From contig CBDBIS010000001.1 in NCBI GenBank assembly GCA_965206075.1, forward strand, positions 104,274 through 168,273: a DNA stretch of 64,000 nucleotides, written 5' to 3'. This DNA is from Alphaproteobacteria bacterium (GTDB lineage Bacteria > Pseudomonadota > Alphaproteobacteria > Bin95). Positions 45,275-56,900 of this stretch are shown here, piece by piece (positions within the stretch are counted from its first letter, which is position 1; each line of letters opens with the position of its first letter). Under the pieces are notes generated by a model, which was not told where the DNA came from, made no database searches, and worked only from the letters and a program-made list of their open reading frames with translations. The translations under genes and the position numbers were made by a program.

Positions 45275-46464
45275 CCGGCAGGGTTTCCCCCGGGCCGTGG
45301 CCGGACCCGATCGCCCGCCCGGCCCCCGAGCAGCGAGCCCCAGAATCCGGCGCCCCAGGCGAGATGCATCGTCCCCAGCACCGGCGCGAGGAGCAGGGCC
45401 GCGGCGTCCCGCCGGCGAAGGCCGATGACCCCCGCCCCGGCGGCCAGCGCCAGCAGCCAGGCGAGGGGGGGAACCAGGGCGAGCGGCGAGGCGGTCGCCA
45501 CGCCCGCGACGGCGCAGGCCGCCAGCGCCAGCACCAGGAGCGGCGCGGCCAGGTGGCGCCAGCGAACCGACGCGGGATGCCGGCGCAGCACCACGCACTT
45601 CCACCGGCCCCAGTCCCGATACTGCCGGGCCAGCGCCCCGAAACCGGCCCGGGGGCGGTATTCGGCATGGAGCGCGGGCGTGAACCACACCGTGCCGCCG
45701 GCCTGCCTGATCCGCCAGTTGAGCTCGTAGTCCTGGTTGCGCTCCAGCGTCGCGTCGAACCCCCCTGCCGCCTCCAGCGCCCCGCGCCGGAACACTCCGA
45801 GCCAGACGGTGTCCACGGGCCCTTCCGGCCCGCCGATCCGGTATCTCGCGCCGCCCGCGCCGAGAGGCGTCGTCATCGCCATGGCCACCGCCCGGGTGAA
45901 CGCCGTCGCGCCCGCCGGGCGCTGCATCCCGCCCACCGCCTGGGCCCCGGTGCGCTCCAGCGTCTCCACCGCCGTCCGGACATACCCCGGCGGCAGGCGG
46001 CTGCGCGCGTCGCAGCGCACGAGAATGCCGTGGGAGGCCGCGGCGATCGCGCGGTTGAGCCCCGCGGGGGTGCTTCCGTCCGGGTTGGGGACGATGCGCA
46101 CCTCCGGTCGTTCCGACCGTGGCGCATGCGCGGCCCCGGGCGGGTCCGGGCCGTCGACCATGTCGAATCCGGTCGCGCCTCCGCGGTCCCGCGACCGTAT
46201 CGCACCCATCGTCCCCGTGATTGCCGATCCGTCAGCCATGACGGTTTCAATGGCGCCTTCCTTGTCGGAAGCGCGTATCGAGTCCGCCGTCTCCGACGAG
46301 GCCGAACCGTCGGCAACGACGATCTCGATGACGCCTTCGTAGTCCTGGGCCAGCACCGAGGCGAGCGCTCCGGGCAGCTCGCCGGGCTCGTCCCGCACGG
46401 GGATGACCACGGACACGGGCGGCGGATCCTTCGTCACGTTTGCTTCGAATTCGCGTGCTTTCAT
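45160..46464 (-). CDS. family 2 glycosyltransferase with internal ~20-aa tandem duplication
   Basis: GT2 motifs ('VSVVIPVRDEPGEL', 'DGS', 'LVRCDARSRL', 'QDYELNWRI'). Duplicated segment 'IEIVVADGSASSETADSIRA / IETVMADGSAITGTMGAIRS'. Its 3' end overlaps the sulfotransferase gene on the opposite strand, so the true stop may be earlier. Confidence 0.75.
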   Translation of the reverse strand: MKAREFEANVTKDPPPVSVVIPVRDEPGELPGALASVLAQDYEGVIEIVVADGSASSETADSIRASDKEGAIETVMADGSAITGTMGAIRSRDRGGATGFDMVDGPDPPGAAHAPRSERPEVRIVPNPDGSTPAGLNRAIAAASHGILVRCDARSRLPPGYVRTAVETLERTGAQAVGGMQRPAGATAFTRAVAMAMTTPLGAGGARYRIGGPEGPVDTVWLGVFRRGALEAAGGFDATLERNQDYELNWRIRQAGGTVWFTPALHAEYRPRAGFGALARQYRDWGRWKCVVLRRHPASVRWRHLAAPLLVLALAACAVAGVATASPLALVPPLAWLLALAAGAGVIGLRRRDAAALLLAPVLGTMHLAWGAGFWGSLLGGRAGDRVRPRPGGNPAGQPVPEGRGRETAAPARRSQTPSASGSPVDSTAARQSR

Positions 46465-46485
46465 CCGATTTCGTCCGGCCCCGCG

Positions 46486-48486
46486 TCACTGCCTGCGGCC
46501 GCCGCCCGGCTTGCCGGGCATCAGTGGATCCTGGAAGGGAGCGACCTCCCGCGACCGCTCGTACCAGTACCGCGCCATCCTGCCATATTCCGGGTCGGTC
46601 TTCGCCACCGCGGCGTACATCTTCGCCAGCGCATGGAGCAGCTGCCAGTTCCGGGGTTCCGCCGCCAGCGCCGCCCGCGCCTCGGCCTCGGCCCAGGCGA
46701 GCAGCCGGAAGGCCCGGGCCGGGTCCTTCCCGTGGATGACGCCCCAGTTCGGCGCGACGTTCTCGAACAGCAGGATCCGCGGATGGGTGGCGAGCGGCTC
46801 GAAGGCCCGGATCGACTTGCGCAACTCGGCCATGAACGGACCCGAGGTCTCGGCCCGGTACAGGGCGGCCGCGCCTTCATGAGCGGCGCGGGTCGCCGCC
46901 AGGGACGCGCCGGCGAGCCCGATGGCGGCGGCGGCGAGGACGCCGCGCGCCCATGGCCTGCCGAAGGCTTTTTCAAGCATGCGCGCCGCCCCCGTCCCGA
47001 CGGTCTTTCCGGTCCAAATGCCCGCTGCGTTCCCGCCGGCTTCCGCTTTGTCCCCGTCCCCGGCATCTTCGCCTTTCTTCTTCCCCGCGGCCTGCGCGAA
47101 GTATCCGACGAATGCAAGCAGCAGGACATGCTGCATCCAGGTCACCGGGCTGTAGAACGACGTCAGCCCCTGCACCAGCCAGCCGAGCAGGGCCGCCCCC
47201 GCGAAGACAAGGAGCGCACCGTCCGCCGGATCCGCCCGCCGGGAGCCGCGCCACACGGCGGCGAACGTGGCGGCCCACAGCAGGAGCCAGGCGGCAAGCC
47301 CCGCCAGGCCCCCGGTCACGGCCCGCTCCATCGCCTCGTTGTGGGCCCGGTCGCTGCTGCGGTTGGTCGCGGCCGCCGCCCGGTCGTAACGGCTCACGGC
47401 CACCATGTTGTTCTCCGGCCCCCAGCCGAGCAGAGGCCGGTCGGCGAAGGCCCGGAGCCCGGCCCTCCAGGTGTCGAGGCGCTTGCCCAACGTGGATCCC
47501 ACCCGGCCCGCGTGCGTGATCCGCCCGAACAGCGAAACCGAATACCCCCTCTTCCCATCTTCTCCATCGGGCGGCAGGGGCCGCGTTTCCGGCAGGTGTT
47601 GGGCCTGCGGCGCGGAAGTTCCGTTTCGCATGGCTTCCCCATCCCCCGGACGGGACGGTCCCGGCGGTATTTCCGGCTGCGCCGCGGACGTTCCGCCGTT
47701 CCCGGCCGCGTTCCCCCCGCCCGGTACGTCCAGCAGGAGCGCCGTCGCAAGCGCCGCGCCAACCAGCGCAGCCGTGCCGACCGCCGCCCGGCCGCCCAGA
47801 CGCGCCGGGCCCGGAGGGCCCCACAAGGCGAGATACAGCGCGGCCGCGGCCGCCCCGGCCCAGAGGCCGGCCGCCGCGCCCATGGAGCCGGAGAGCGCCA
47901 GCGCCCAGACCGAAAGCGCCGCCGTCAATGCCCAGAAGGCCCGGGCCGCCGCCGGCGCCGGGGCGCCGAGGAAGGAACGCGCCAGGAAACCGGCCGCCAG
48001 CAGCGCCACCGCCTGCATGTAGGCCCCGAAAAAGAGCGGGTTGGCGAAGCTGCCCGAGATCCTGGGATACAGCGACTCGAACCACCACGGTTGGTCCGAC
48101 GCCCCCGGGAAGAGGAACCGCGCGGTCCCGAGGAGGGCGGCCGCAAGGCCCACGGCCAGGAAGAGGTTCAGGTATCGCCGCCAGTCGGCCGCGGTGCGCA
48201 GCATCGCCGACAGCAGCACGGCGAACGCGAACCAGTGGGCGGCGGCGACCAGGCCGCCCATGCGCACATAGTTGGACCAGAGGCTGCGCTGCAGGCTGAC
48301 CCCGAAAAATGCCGAGACCAGCCCCGCCGCCAGGGTCGCGGCCAGAAGGACCAGCAGGATGCCCGGCCTCGGCCGCCAGACCGGGCGCGCCGCCGCCAGC
48401 ACCGCCCAGAGCCCGAATGCAACCGCGATCAGCGTGTGCGCATAGACCGCCTTGCCCACCGTGAAGCCGTACAGCACCCAGGGCAT
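46486..48486 (-). CDS. O-antigen ligase/Wzy-family polymerase with C-terminal TPR-like domain
   Basis: Wzy_C motif region ('RLDTWRAGLRAFADRPLLGWGPENN...HNEAMERAVTGGLAGL') in a ~10-TM protein. C-terminal soluble repeat domain. Start uncertain (48486-48560). Confidence 0.7.
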   Translation of the reverse strand: MPWVLYGFTVGKAVYAHTLIAVAFGLWAVLAAARPVWRPRPGILLVLLAATLAAGLVSAFFGVSLQRSLWSNYVRMGGLVAAAHWFAFAVLLSAMLRTAADWRRYLNLFLAVGLAAALLGTARFLFPGASDQPWWFESLYPRISGSFANPLFFGAYMQAVALLAAGFLARSFLGAPAPAAARAFWALTAALSVWALALSGSMGAAAGLWAGAAAAALYLALWGPPGPARLGGRAAVGTAALVGAALATALLLDVPGGGNAAGNGGTSAAQPEIPPGPSRPGDGEAMRNGTSAPQAQHLPETRPLPPDGEDGKRGYSVSLFGRITHAGRVGSTLGKRLDTWRAGLRAFADRPLLGWGPENNMVAVSRYDRAAAATNRSSDRAHNEAMERAVTGGLAGLAAWLLLWAATFAAVWRGSRRADPADGALLVFAGAALLGWLVQGLTSFYSPVTWMQHVLLLAFVGYFAQAAGKKKGEDAGDGDKAEAGGNAAGIWTGKTVGTGAARMLEKAFGRPWARGVLAAAAIGLAGASLAATRAAHEGAAALYRAETSGPFMAELRKSIRAFEPLATHPRILLFENVAPNWGVIHGKDPARAFRLLAWAEAEARAALAAEPRNWQLLHALAKMYAAVAKTDPEYGRMARYWYERSREVAPFQDPLMPGKPGGGRRQ

Positions 48487-48881
48487 TCCCACGAGCGGCG
48501 TCAGCAGCACCAGCGCCAGGCAGGCCCGGACGGCCAGGACGAGCCCCCGCTCGGGAAAGCGGAGCCTCCCGGACCGGCTGTTCCGGCCTGCGGCCCGCCG
48601 CGCGTCCCGCCGCCCGGCGGACCCGCGCGGGCGACTCTTCCCGGAGGAACGGGAAGAACGGGAAGGCCGTGGAGAACGGGACACGGTCACCGCCCGGGGC
48701 GCCCGGGGCCGGCCCGGCCGGCCGGTCGTGTCGGCTTGCGTTTCATGTCCTCGATCATGAAGAATGCCGGCGCCTTGCGCCAGCGCCGGCCGGGAAATTG
48801 CAACCGCCGCCCCGGCGCGATGCCGGTGCGCCCGGGCCGGGACGGACAACGGCCCGCGCATACGGTTAGACTGGCGGTTAA

Positions 48882-49144
48882 CCCGCATTTCTCACCATGG
48901 TCATGGTCTGCGCGGCGCTGTCCGGCCGACAGGGCAGGAGAGGCGCGCAGCGCGATGTGGTGCATCGGGCAAGCGTCTCGACGCACCCTGTCGGCCGGAC
49001 AGCGCCGCCCTTCGGGTCGCGCCCAGCCGCCCGCCCGCGGCGTCGCGGGCCTCAACCGTATTCCCCGATACGCTTTTCGGCCCGCTCCTGGCGGACCGAA
49101 CGCCTGGGCGCGACGCAGGCCGTGACCATGGTGAGAAATGCGGG
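48882..49144. repeat. 265-bp palindromic MITE-like repeat element, copy 2 (inverted relative to copy 1)
   Basis: Perfect 22-bp terminal inverted repeats 'cccgcatttctcaccatggtca' / 'tgaccatggtgagaaatgcggg'. Internal segments ('cgcccttcgggtcgcgcccag') are reverse-complementary to copy 1. Confidence 0.75.
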
Positions 49145-49197
49145 TTAAGCTCCGATCCCATGAGCCGGCCGGCGATGAACAGCACAAGCGCAAGACG

Positions 49198-50223
49198 ATG
49201 AGCGGCAGGGTGCTGGTCACCGGGGGCGCCGGCTATATCGGCTCCCATACCGTGCTCGGGCTGCTCGCGTCCGGCCGCGAGGTCGTCGTGCTGGACAGCC
49301 TTTGCTCCGGCCACCGCTGGGCGGCGCCCCGGGAGGCGTCCTTCCATCGCCTCGACATCCTCGACCGGGAGGGCGTCTCCTCGGCGATCCGCCGGCACGG
49401 CATCGACGCGGTCGTTCACTGCGCCGCCCGCGCCTCGGTGCCGGAGTCGTTCCGCGACCCCGCCGGCTACTGGCGCAGCAACGTCCTGGGGACGCGCCGG
49501 CTGCTCGAATGCTGCATCGATGAGGGCGTGGACCGGTTCGTCTTCTCTTCCAGCGCGGCGGTGTACGGAAACCCGCAGGACCGCACGGTCAGCGAGAGCC
49601 GCCGCCCCGCACCGGCCAGCCCCTACGGCCGCACCAAGCTGGCCGCGGAGCGGATGCTGCGCGACGCGGCGGCGGCGTCCGGAGGGAAGTTCCGCTATGC
49701 GGCGCTGCGGTACTTCAATGTCGCCGGGGCGCATATGGGGGGGCTTCTGGGCCAGGCGACGCCGGGCGCCGCCCACCTGGTCAAGGCCGCCTGCGGGGCG
49801 GCCCTCGGCCTGCGTCCGGGGATTGCGGTCTTCGGCGACGACTACCCCACCCCGGACGGAACCTGCGTCCGGGACTACATCCACGTCGACGACCTGGTCG
49901 ACGTGCATCTGCACGCGCTTGACCGCCTGGACTCCGGCGGGGAGAGCGTCGTCCTCAACTGCGGCTCCGGCCGGGGACACAGCGTCCGGGAGGTCATCGA
50001 CTGCGTCCGGTCCGTCAGCGGCGCGGACTTTCCGGTCGCGACGCAGGGCCGCCGCCGGGGCGACCCGCCCGAACTGGTGGCCGACCCGGGCCGGATCCGG
50101 CGCCTGCTCGGCTGGACGCCGAAGTTCGACAGCCTGGAGACCATCTGCCGATCCGCCCTCGAATGGGAACGGAAACTGTCGGGGGGCGATCCGGACCCGT
50201 TTCATGCGCCGGCCGGGCAGTAG
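49198..50223 (+). CDS. galE: UDP-glucose 4-epimerase
   Basis: Rossmann 'VLVTGGAGYIGSH', catalytic 'SPYGRTKLAAE' (YxxxK), 'LRYFNVAGA'. Start at the internal ATG ('MSGRVLVTGG'). The upstream part of the ORF overlaps the MITE. Confidence 0.9.
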   Translation: MSGRVLVTGGAGYIGSHTVLGLLASGREVVVLDSLCSGHRWAAPREASFHRLDILDREGVSSAIRRHGIDAVVHCAARASVPESFRDPAGYWRSNVLGTRRLLECCIDEGVDRFVFSSSAAVYGNPQDRTVSESRRPAPASPYGRTKLAAERMLRDAAAASGGKFRYAALRYFNVAGAHMGGLLGQATPGAAHLVKAACGAALGLRPGIAVFGDDYPTPDGTCVRDYIHVDDLVDVHLHALDRLDSGGESVVLNCGSGRGHSVREVIDCVRSVSGADFPVATQGRRRGDPPELVADPGRIRRLLGWTPKFDSLETICRSALEWERKLSGGDPDPFHAPAGQ

Positions 50224-50999
50224 CGCGCGGGATTCCGCCAGGCCGGAAATGCCGCGGACCGGCCCGCCTGCATGTCCGCGGGACCGCCCGCGACAGCCAA
50301 GCGATCCGACCGACAATGACCGGGCGCCGGTCGAGCCGTTCATGCATCGCCGCGTCGTACCGGCCGCCCGCGCACGACCGATTTGCGCGAGGTCGCGAAC
50401 GCGGCGCCCTATATGGCCTCGACCGGCTGCCGGTGGCGCCTTTTGCCGATAGACCGGGACAAATCGATCGATTCCGGCGAAGCGGGCGATCCTCCATCGC
50501 CGGCGCCGCCCCGCAGCCCGCCGGGTGAAACAGCGCTGCGCTTCGACGGAGCCGGCGCCCGCGAACCGGGATCGGGAGGACGGACCGGATACGAGCCGGG
50601 ACGAGACGCGGGCATGCGCTCGCTCGCGGGGGATGCCGGGCGGGAACCCGCTTCGGCGGCACATGTCCGTCGCTGAGCGCGCGAAATAGCGTCAGTCCGT
50701 CATTGCGCATCCCGGTATGAGGGTTCCGGACCCGGCCGCCGGCGAGGCCGCCGCAGGCGCCTCGGGCCCGGGCGGCAAGGGGTTCGCCCGCGCCTGGACA
50801 TGTTTTTCTCTCATATTTCCGCAATTTTTCTTCGAATCCCATACCTTTGGAGGGGGAGGCAAAGTCCGTTTCGTCTGCCAAAGTTGCCGTGAAACAGGTT
50901 GGGCGGGGCACGCGCGGACCCCGGCCGACGCCCTGAGGGGAGTCGGCCGGGACCGCCGGAAGCGGGGCGGCAGAGACCAGTGAGGGAAACCGGGGAAAA

Positions 51000-53900
51000 A
51001 ACCAGCATCGGCTTCGCTGCACGGGCGGGCCGGCAGCCGGCTGCCCGTGGCCTTGCGTTCCTTGCCGGCCTGGCTGCCCTCTGCTTCCGGCGCGGGGAGT
51101 CCCGCCGGCCCCGGCGCCCGGGGTTCGCACCGGCGCTCCCGCTGCTTTCGCTGGTGTCCCTGCTCTTGCTCGCCCTGCCGCCGCTCGTCCCCGAGGCGAA
51201 GGCCCAGAGCGAGATCCAGATCTTCTCGAAGACGGTGACGCTGGCGACGTCCGGCGCGTTCACGGGCTATCGGTCCGGCTCGCACGGATCGATCGCGCCG
51301 AACGACGATTTCGACATCGACGGAACGGCCTACACCGTATCCAGAATCGAAATGGATACGGGGGGGTCGTTATATCTTGAGGTCCGGGACAGCAGGGGCG
51401 ACGGGAGGTACCTCCCGGACGACAGCCGCTTCCGGCTCAGGATCGAGGACAAGCCGGCCAGTCCCGGAGATCCGGTCACCCATACGGATTTCACGCTGGG
51501 GCAGGATGCTCGAAACAACACCGTCGGGCAGTACCAATTCACAACCGGGTCCACCATCACCCAGGGCCAGTGGTCGAGCGGCCATGCGGCCGGGGATATG
51601 GCCACCGTCCGGCTCATCTGGCTCCCGCGGCCGCCGCCGCCGCCGCCCGGGAACGCGATCTGGTCCCAGGAGTTCACCACGGCGGATACCAACGACTTTT
51701 TCGGGTTCATCCATCGCGACCACCCGGCGACCGGGTTCGGCGGTGAGCTGGACGACGACGACTTCGACCTCAAGGACACGACATACACGGTCTGGCGGCT
51801 CACGCAGAATTCGGACAACGATCCCAATTTCTGGGTGACCTTTACCGTGGCGGCGGGCCGTCCGGCGGCGGTCACGCGGCTGGAGGGCGAGTCGGAGCTG
51901 ATCCTGCGGCTGATGGATGCCATGGGCCGCAGCGCGGATCTCGATTTCGGCGAGGCGACCTATAGCGCCACCGGGAACAGCGACCGCCTGGGATACGTCT
52001 TCAACAATCCCCCGGACATCCGCTTCATCGAGGCCGGCGTCGACGTGACGGCCTCCATCCTCCGCAAGTCGGACAATGCGCCGCCGACGGCGTCGGACGG
52101 CGCCGTGACGACCGGCGCGGACACGGACTACGCATTCGCGGCGGGGGATTTCGGGTTCACGGACCCGTTCGACGAGCTGGCGAGCGTGAAGGTCGCGAGC
52201 CTGCCGCCTGCGGGGCGGGGGTCGCTGCTGCTGGACGGCACGGCGATCGCGGCCGCGGACCTGCCGCAGACGGTGACGGCCGACGAGCTCGACGCCGGCG
52301 CGCTGGTCTACCGCCCGCAGCCGGGCGCGGTCGGCGCCGGCTTCGCGCGCTTCACGTTCCGCGTGAACGACGGCACGTCGGACAGCGCGGACGCCTACAC
52401 GATGACGGTGGACGTGGCCGCGCGGCCGCCGCCCGCGGTGCCGGAAGCCTTCTGGTCCGCGACGGTCAGGTACGCCGATGTGGAAATCGGGGGGCACCGC
52501 GGGTTTGTCCATGACCATCATCCGCTGGGGGAGTCCGGGGGGACGATCAGCGACGAGTATTTCGACATCGACGGCACGACCTACACGGTCTGGCGGATCA
52601 CGCAGGCCACCGACGGCTCCGGCACCTACTTCACCGTGGCGGCGGGCGCGACGCCGGCGACCGTGCGGTTGCCGGACGAGGACCGGCTGATCCTGCGGGT
52701 GATGGGTTCGGACAGCAGCGTCGATCTCGAATTCAGCGACGCCACGTTCGAACCCAGCGGTTCGGCCAATGGCGAACAGGGATACTTCTGGGCCAAAAGT
52801 CGCGTAGGCCCTGACGTCCAAGTCGGCGCCGTCAACACCATCGCCCTGATCCGCAAGCCGCCGCCGCCGCCGCCGCCGCCGATTTTCCTGGACGGGTTCT
52901 GGTCCACCTCGGTCACGCCGGCCAACGACGGCAGAACGGCGCCTCGGTCGGCTACCAGCGCCGGCTCACCCGAGCTTCAATCCCGGCGGGACGATCGGCG
53001 ACGACGATTTCGACATCGACGGCACGACCTACACGGTCTGGCGGCTCACGCACAACTCGGGCGCCGTGATTTTCTTCACCGTGGCGGCGGGCGCGACGCC
53101 GGCGACCCCGGTTGCCGGACGAAGAGGACCTGGTCCTGCGGCTCATGCTTCGGGGATGCGGCATCGCCCCCACGGATTCAATTTGAGCGACGCCACGTTC
53201 ACCGACAGCAGCGCGGATCGAACGCCAACTCCAGGGATACGTCTGGGACACCACCTCCACCCGCGACAGTAACGTTCATATGGGGACCGAGGACACCGCC
53301 GTCGCCCTGTTGCGCCGGACCCCCGTCGCCGACTGCGCCGCGTTCACCGCGCCGGCGGGCCAGGCGCTGGTGTGGGCGGCGGACCTGGGGGTGCAGTCGG
53401 CGGCCCAGGGGGGGCAGGAGAATGCCTTCCGCGGGTTCGTGAACCTGGAATCCCCCGCGCGGGACCCTGACGCCAAGGGGCGTCGACTTCGACGGCGACG
53501 GGACGGACGACCGCTCGTTCAATTCATTCGCCGTGGCCACGGCCGACCATGCGAGCCTTGACGACGGGGCACTCGTGCTTCTTTTCGACAGCGCCCTGAC
53601 GCAGGCGCAGCACGATGGCCTCTGGGCGCACGTGTGCGGCGACGTCATCGACAGCTTCAGCTTCGCCGCTTCCGACCAGGCGGCCGCGGGCCAGGGATAC
53701 ACCTGGGCCGGCGCCGGCCTCGACTGGTCGTCGGTGTCGGACCGCCGGGTGTTCCTCACGCGGGAGCTCTCCGACACGACGCTGGGCGCGCTCACGGTGA
53801 CCGAGGGCACGGGCACGACGGCGGTGGCGCTCTCCCCGGCCTTCGCGTCCGCGACGACCGAGTACGCCGCCTGGGTGGGGAGCGGGGTCGAATCGGTGAC

Positions 53901-56900
53901 GGTGGCGGCGACGCCCACCGACGAGGCGGTGACGGTGACCTTCCCGGGCGGGCGGGCCGGGAGCGCGTCGGGCAGCGCGCAGTACGACCTGGCGCCCGGG
54001 CGGAACGACCTCGAGGTGCTGGTCACGGCGGGCAGCTCGACGCAGACCTACACGGTGACGGTGGTGCGCGAGGCGGAGCCGCCGGCGCGCGACCCGATGG
54101 CGCTCCTGACCGCGCACCTGACGGTGGGCGACAACGGCACCTCCCAGGGGTACGTCGAGGGCGACTACGGCGCCCTGACCGACACCGACTTCGTGGTCGA
54201 CGGCGCCACCTGGCAGATCACCGAATTCAAGAAGACGGCCGACACCCAGGTGGCCCTGTGCTTCCCCGACGCGGCGTCGCGGCCGTCCGCGGCGCTGCGG
54301 GAGCGTCTGCTCCTGCTGGTGGACGGGCATCGCCTCTCCCTGGCCGACGCGTCGGTCGAGGTCGAGCATTGCCTCGGGTTCGTGATCGACGGGCCGGCAG
54401 TTCCCCGACATGGCCTGGGGCGACATCGTCGAGTTCAAGGTGAAGCTCACCGCCTCGAACGCGACGGGGGCGCCCGCGATCTCGGGCTCGGGCCGCGTCG
54501 GCGAGACGCTGACGGCGTCGACGGACGACATCGCCGACCCCGACGGCCTGGACGACGTGAGCTACGCCTACACCTGGCTGCGCATGGACGGCGGCGACGA
54601 GACGGTGGTGGGCACGGACGCGGCGACCTACATGCCGGTGGCGGCGGACGAGGGCAAGATGGTCAAGGTCCGGGTGCGCTTCACCGACGACGCGGGCAAC
54701 GCCGAGGCGCTGACCAGCGCCGGGGTGACGATCCGCCCCGCGATGCCGGGCGCCACCTGCCCGGCCTTCACGGTGCCCGCGGGCCACGTGCAGGTCTGGT
54801 CCGGGACGATGACGGTGGGGGCTGTCACCACCGGAGAAGGGTTTGTTGGCGGCGTCGGCAGCCTGGTGCCCAGTCAATTCGATTGGGGCGGCAAGCGCCG
54901 CGAGGTGACCGTGGTCCTGGCTTCACGCAATGATTCGCAGGGGCCGGACGGGCGGCTGGCCCTGAGCTTCCTCGAATCCCTCTCGTTCGACAGGTTTACC
55001 GAAGCGGAGGCGGCAAGGCTCAGTCTGCACATCTGCGGCGAGACCTGGGCGCTGGCCGATGCGGGCCGCGATACGGTCAACGGCAATGACGCCCGGGTCT
55101 GGCCCAACGCCGGCCTCGACTGGTCCGGCCTGGTGGGCTCGACCCGCGAGTTGGTGCTGACCTGGGAGGGCAACGCCCCGGCGACGGGCCTGCCGGCGGT
55201 GACCGGCACGGCGGAGCAGGGCGGGGAGCTGACGGCGTCGGTGTCCGATATCGGCGATCCGAACGGGCTCGCCAACGCGTCCTACCGCTACCAGTGGCTG
55301 CGGGTCGAGGGCCGGGTAGTCGACGGAGATTCCCGGGGCGACCGGGCCGAGCTACACGCCGGGCGCGGCGGACCTCGGCAAGCAGGTGGCGGTGCGGGTG
55401 GACTTCACCGACGACGCCGGCGGGGCCGAGTCGCTCACCAGCGAGCCGACGGCGGTGGTGACGGGCGACACGGAGGTGTTCCTCGTCAGCGCGGACCGCA
55501 CGAGCGCGGCGGGCGGGATCGACCAGATCACCTACACGGTGACCCGCACCGGCGACGCCACCGACGCGGTGAAGGTGCAGCTCACCCTTGCCGGGCCGGA
55601 CGGCAACGACTGGGGCATGACCAGGACGAGCCAGGAGGTCGACTTCCCCGCCGGCACCACCTCGAAAACCGTAAATGTGGGGCTGCGGCCGGCGGGTACC
55701 GGCTCGACCGGAGGGTTCACCGGGTCGGCGACGACCGACGGGACCCTGACCGCGACCCTCGGCGAGGCGTCGTCGGACCCGCCGACGGGCTACCTCCTCG
55801 ACGACACGGCCGAGGTCCACGTGGTGGTCTCGCGGCCGGCCTGGATCATGCGGCTGACGCAGCCCGCCTACCGCGTCGGCGAGGGCGAGGGGTCGCGGAA
55901 GTTCACCCTGGAGGCCTACGCCGCCTCCCCGGACATCCCGGAGCCGTCGTCCTTTGCCAGGGACCACTCCATGGAGACCAATGTGACCACGCGCGGGGGC
56001 ACGGGCACGGGCATGGCCAGGGTCGGTTCCGACTTCGAGGCCGTGTCCGTGCGGGCCGATTTCTCGGGCGTCGCGTTCCGCCGCGACGCGAACGGCATCC
56101 TGCGCGGCAGCCGGACGGTCACGTTCGAGCCGCTGCAGGACGCCGAGTTCGAGGGCGACGAGGACCTGACGATTGATCTCCAAAACTCACCCGCCGCGGA
56201 CATCAACGGGTACCGGCAGGTCGAGGGCCCCGACGGCACGCTAAGGGCTACAGGTGCCACGTCCTACCCGGTCACCATCGTCGACGACGACGCGGGGATC
56301 GTGCCGGGCGGGGTGACGGTGATCTCGAAGCCCGGCCTGAAGTCGGCGGACACCCTGACCGACCCCGACACCTACGCCGAGGAGGAGCGGATCCGCTTCC
56401 AGGTGGAGTTCACCCACGAGGTGGAGGTGACCGGGGCGCCGCATTTCGAGTTCACGCTCGGCTCCGACACCAAGGAGGCGGCGTATGCGGGCGGCTCGGG
56501 CACCGAGAGGCTGGTGTTCACCTACCAGGTCGCGGCCGCCGACAGCGACGACGACGGCATCTTCATCGGCGACGGCGCGACGACGCTGAAGCTGGACACG
56601 GACGAGCACATCCGCCGCAGGGACACGGGCCAGGACGCGAGCCTGACCCACGCCGAGGTGGGCACGCTCGCCGGCCACAAGGTGGACGGCTCCATGGAGT
56701 CGCCGGGCGGCAGGACCTCGGTCGACGGCGAGGCCCGGGTGGGCCAGACGCTGACCGCGAACACCACGGATATCACCGACCCCGACGGAACGACGACCGC
56801 CACCTTCGCCTACCAGTGGTTCCGGGTCGACGGGGCCGACGAGACCGAGATCGACGGCGCGACCGCCGAAACCTACGTCGTGACCGACGACGACGTCGGC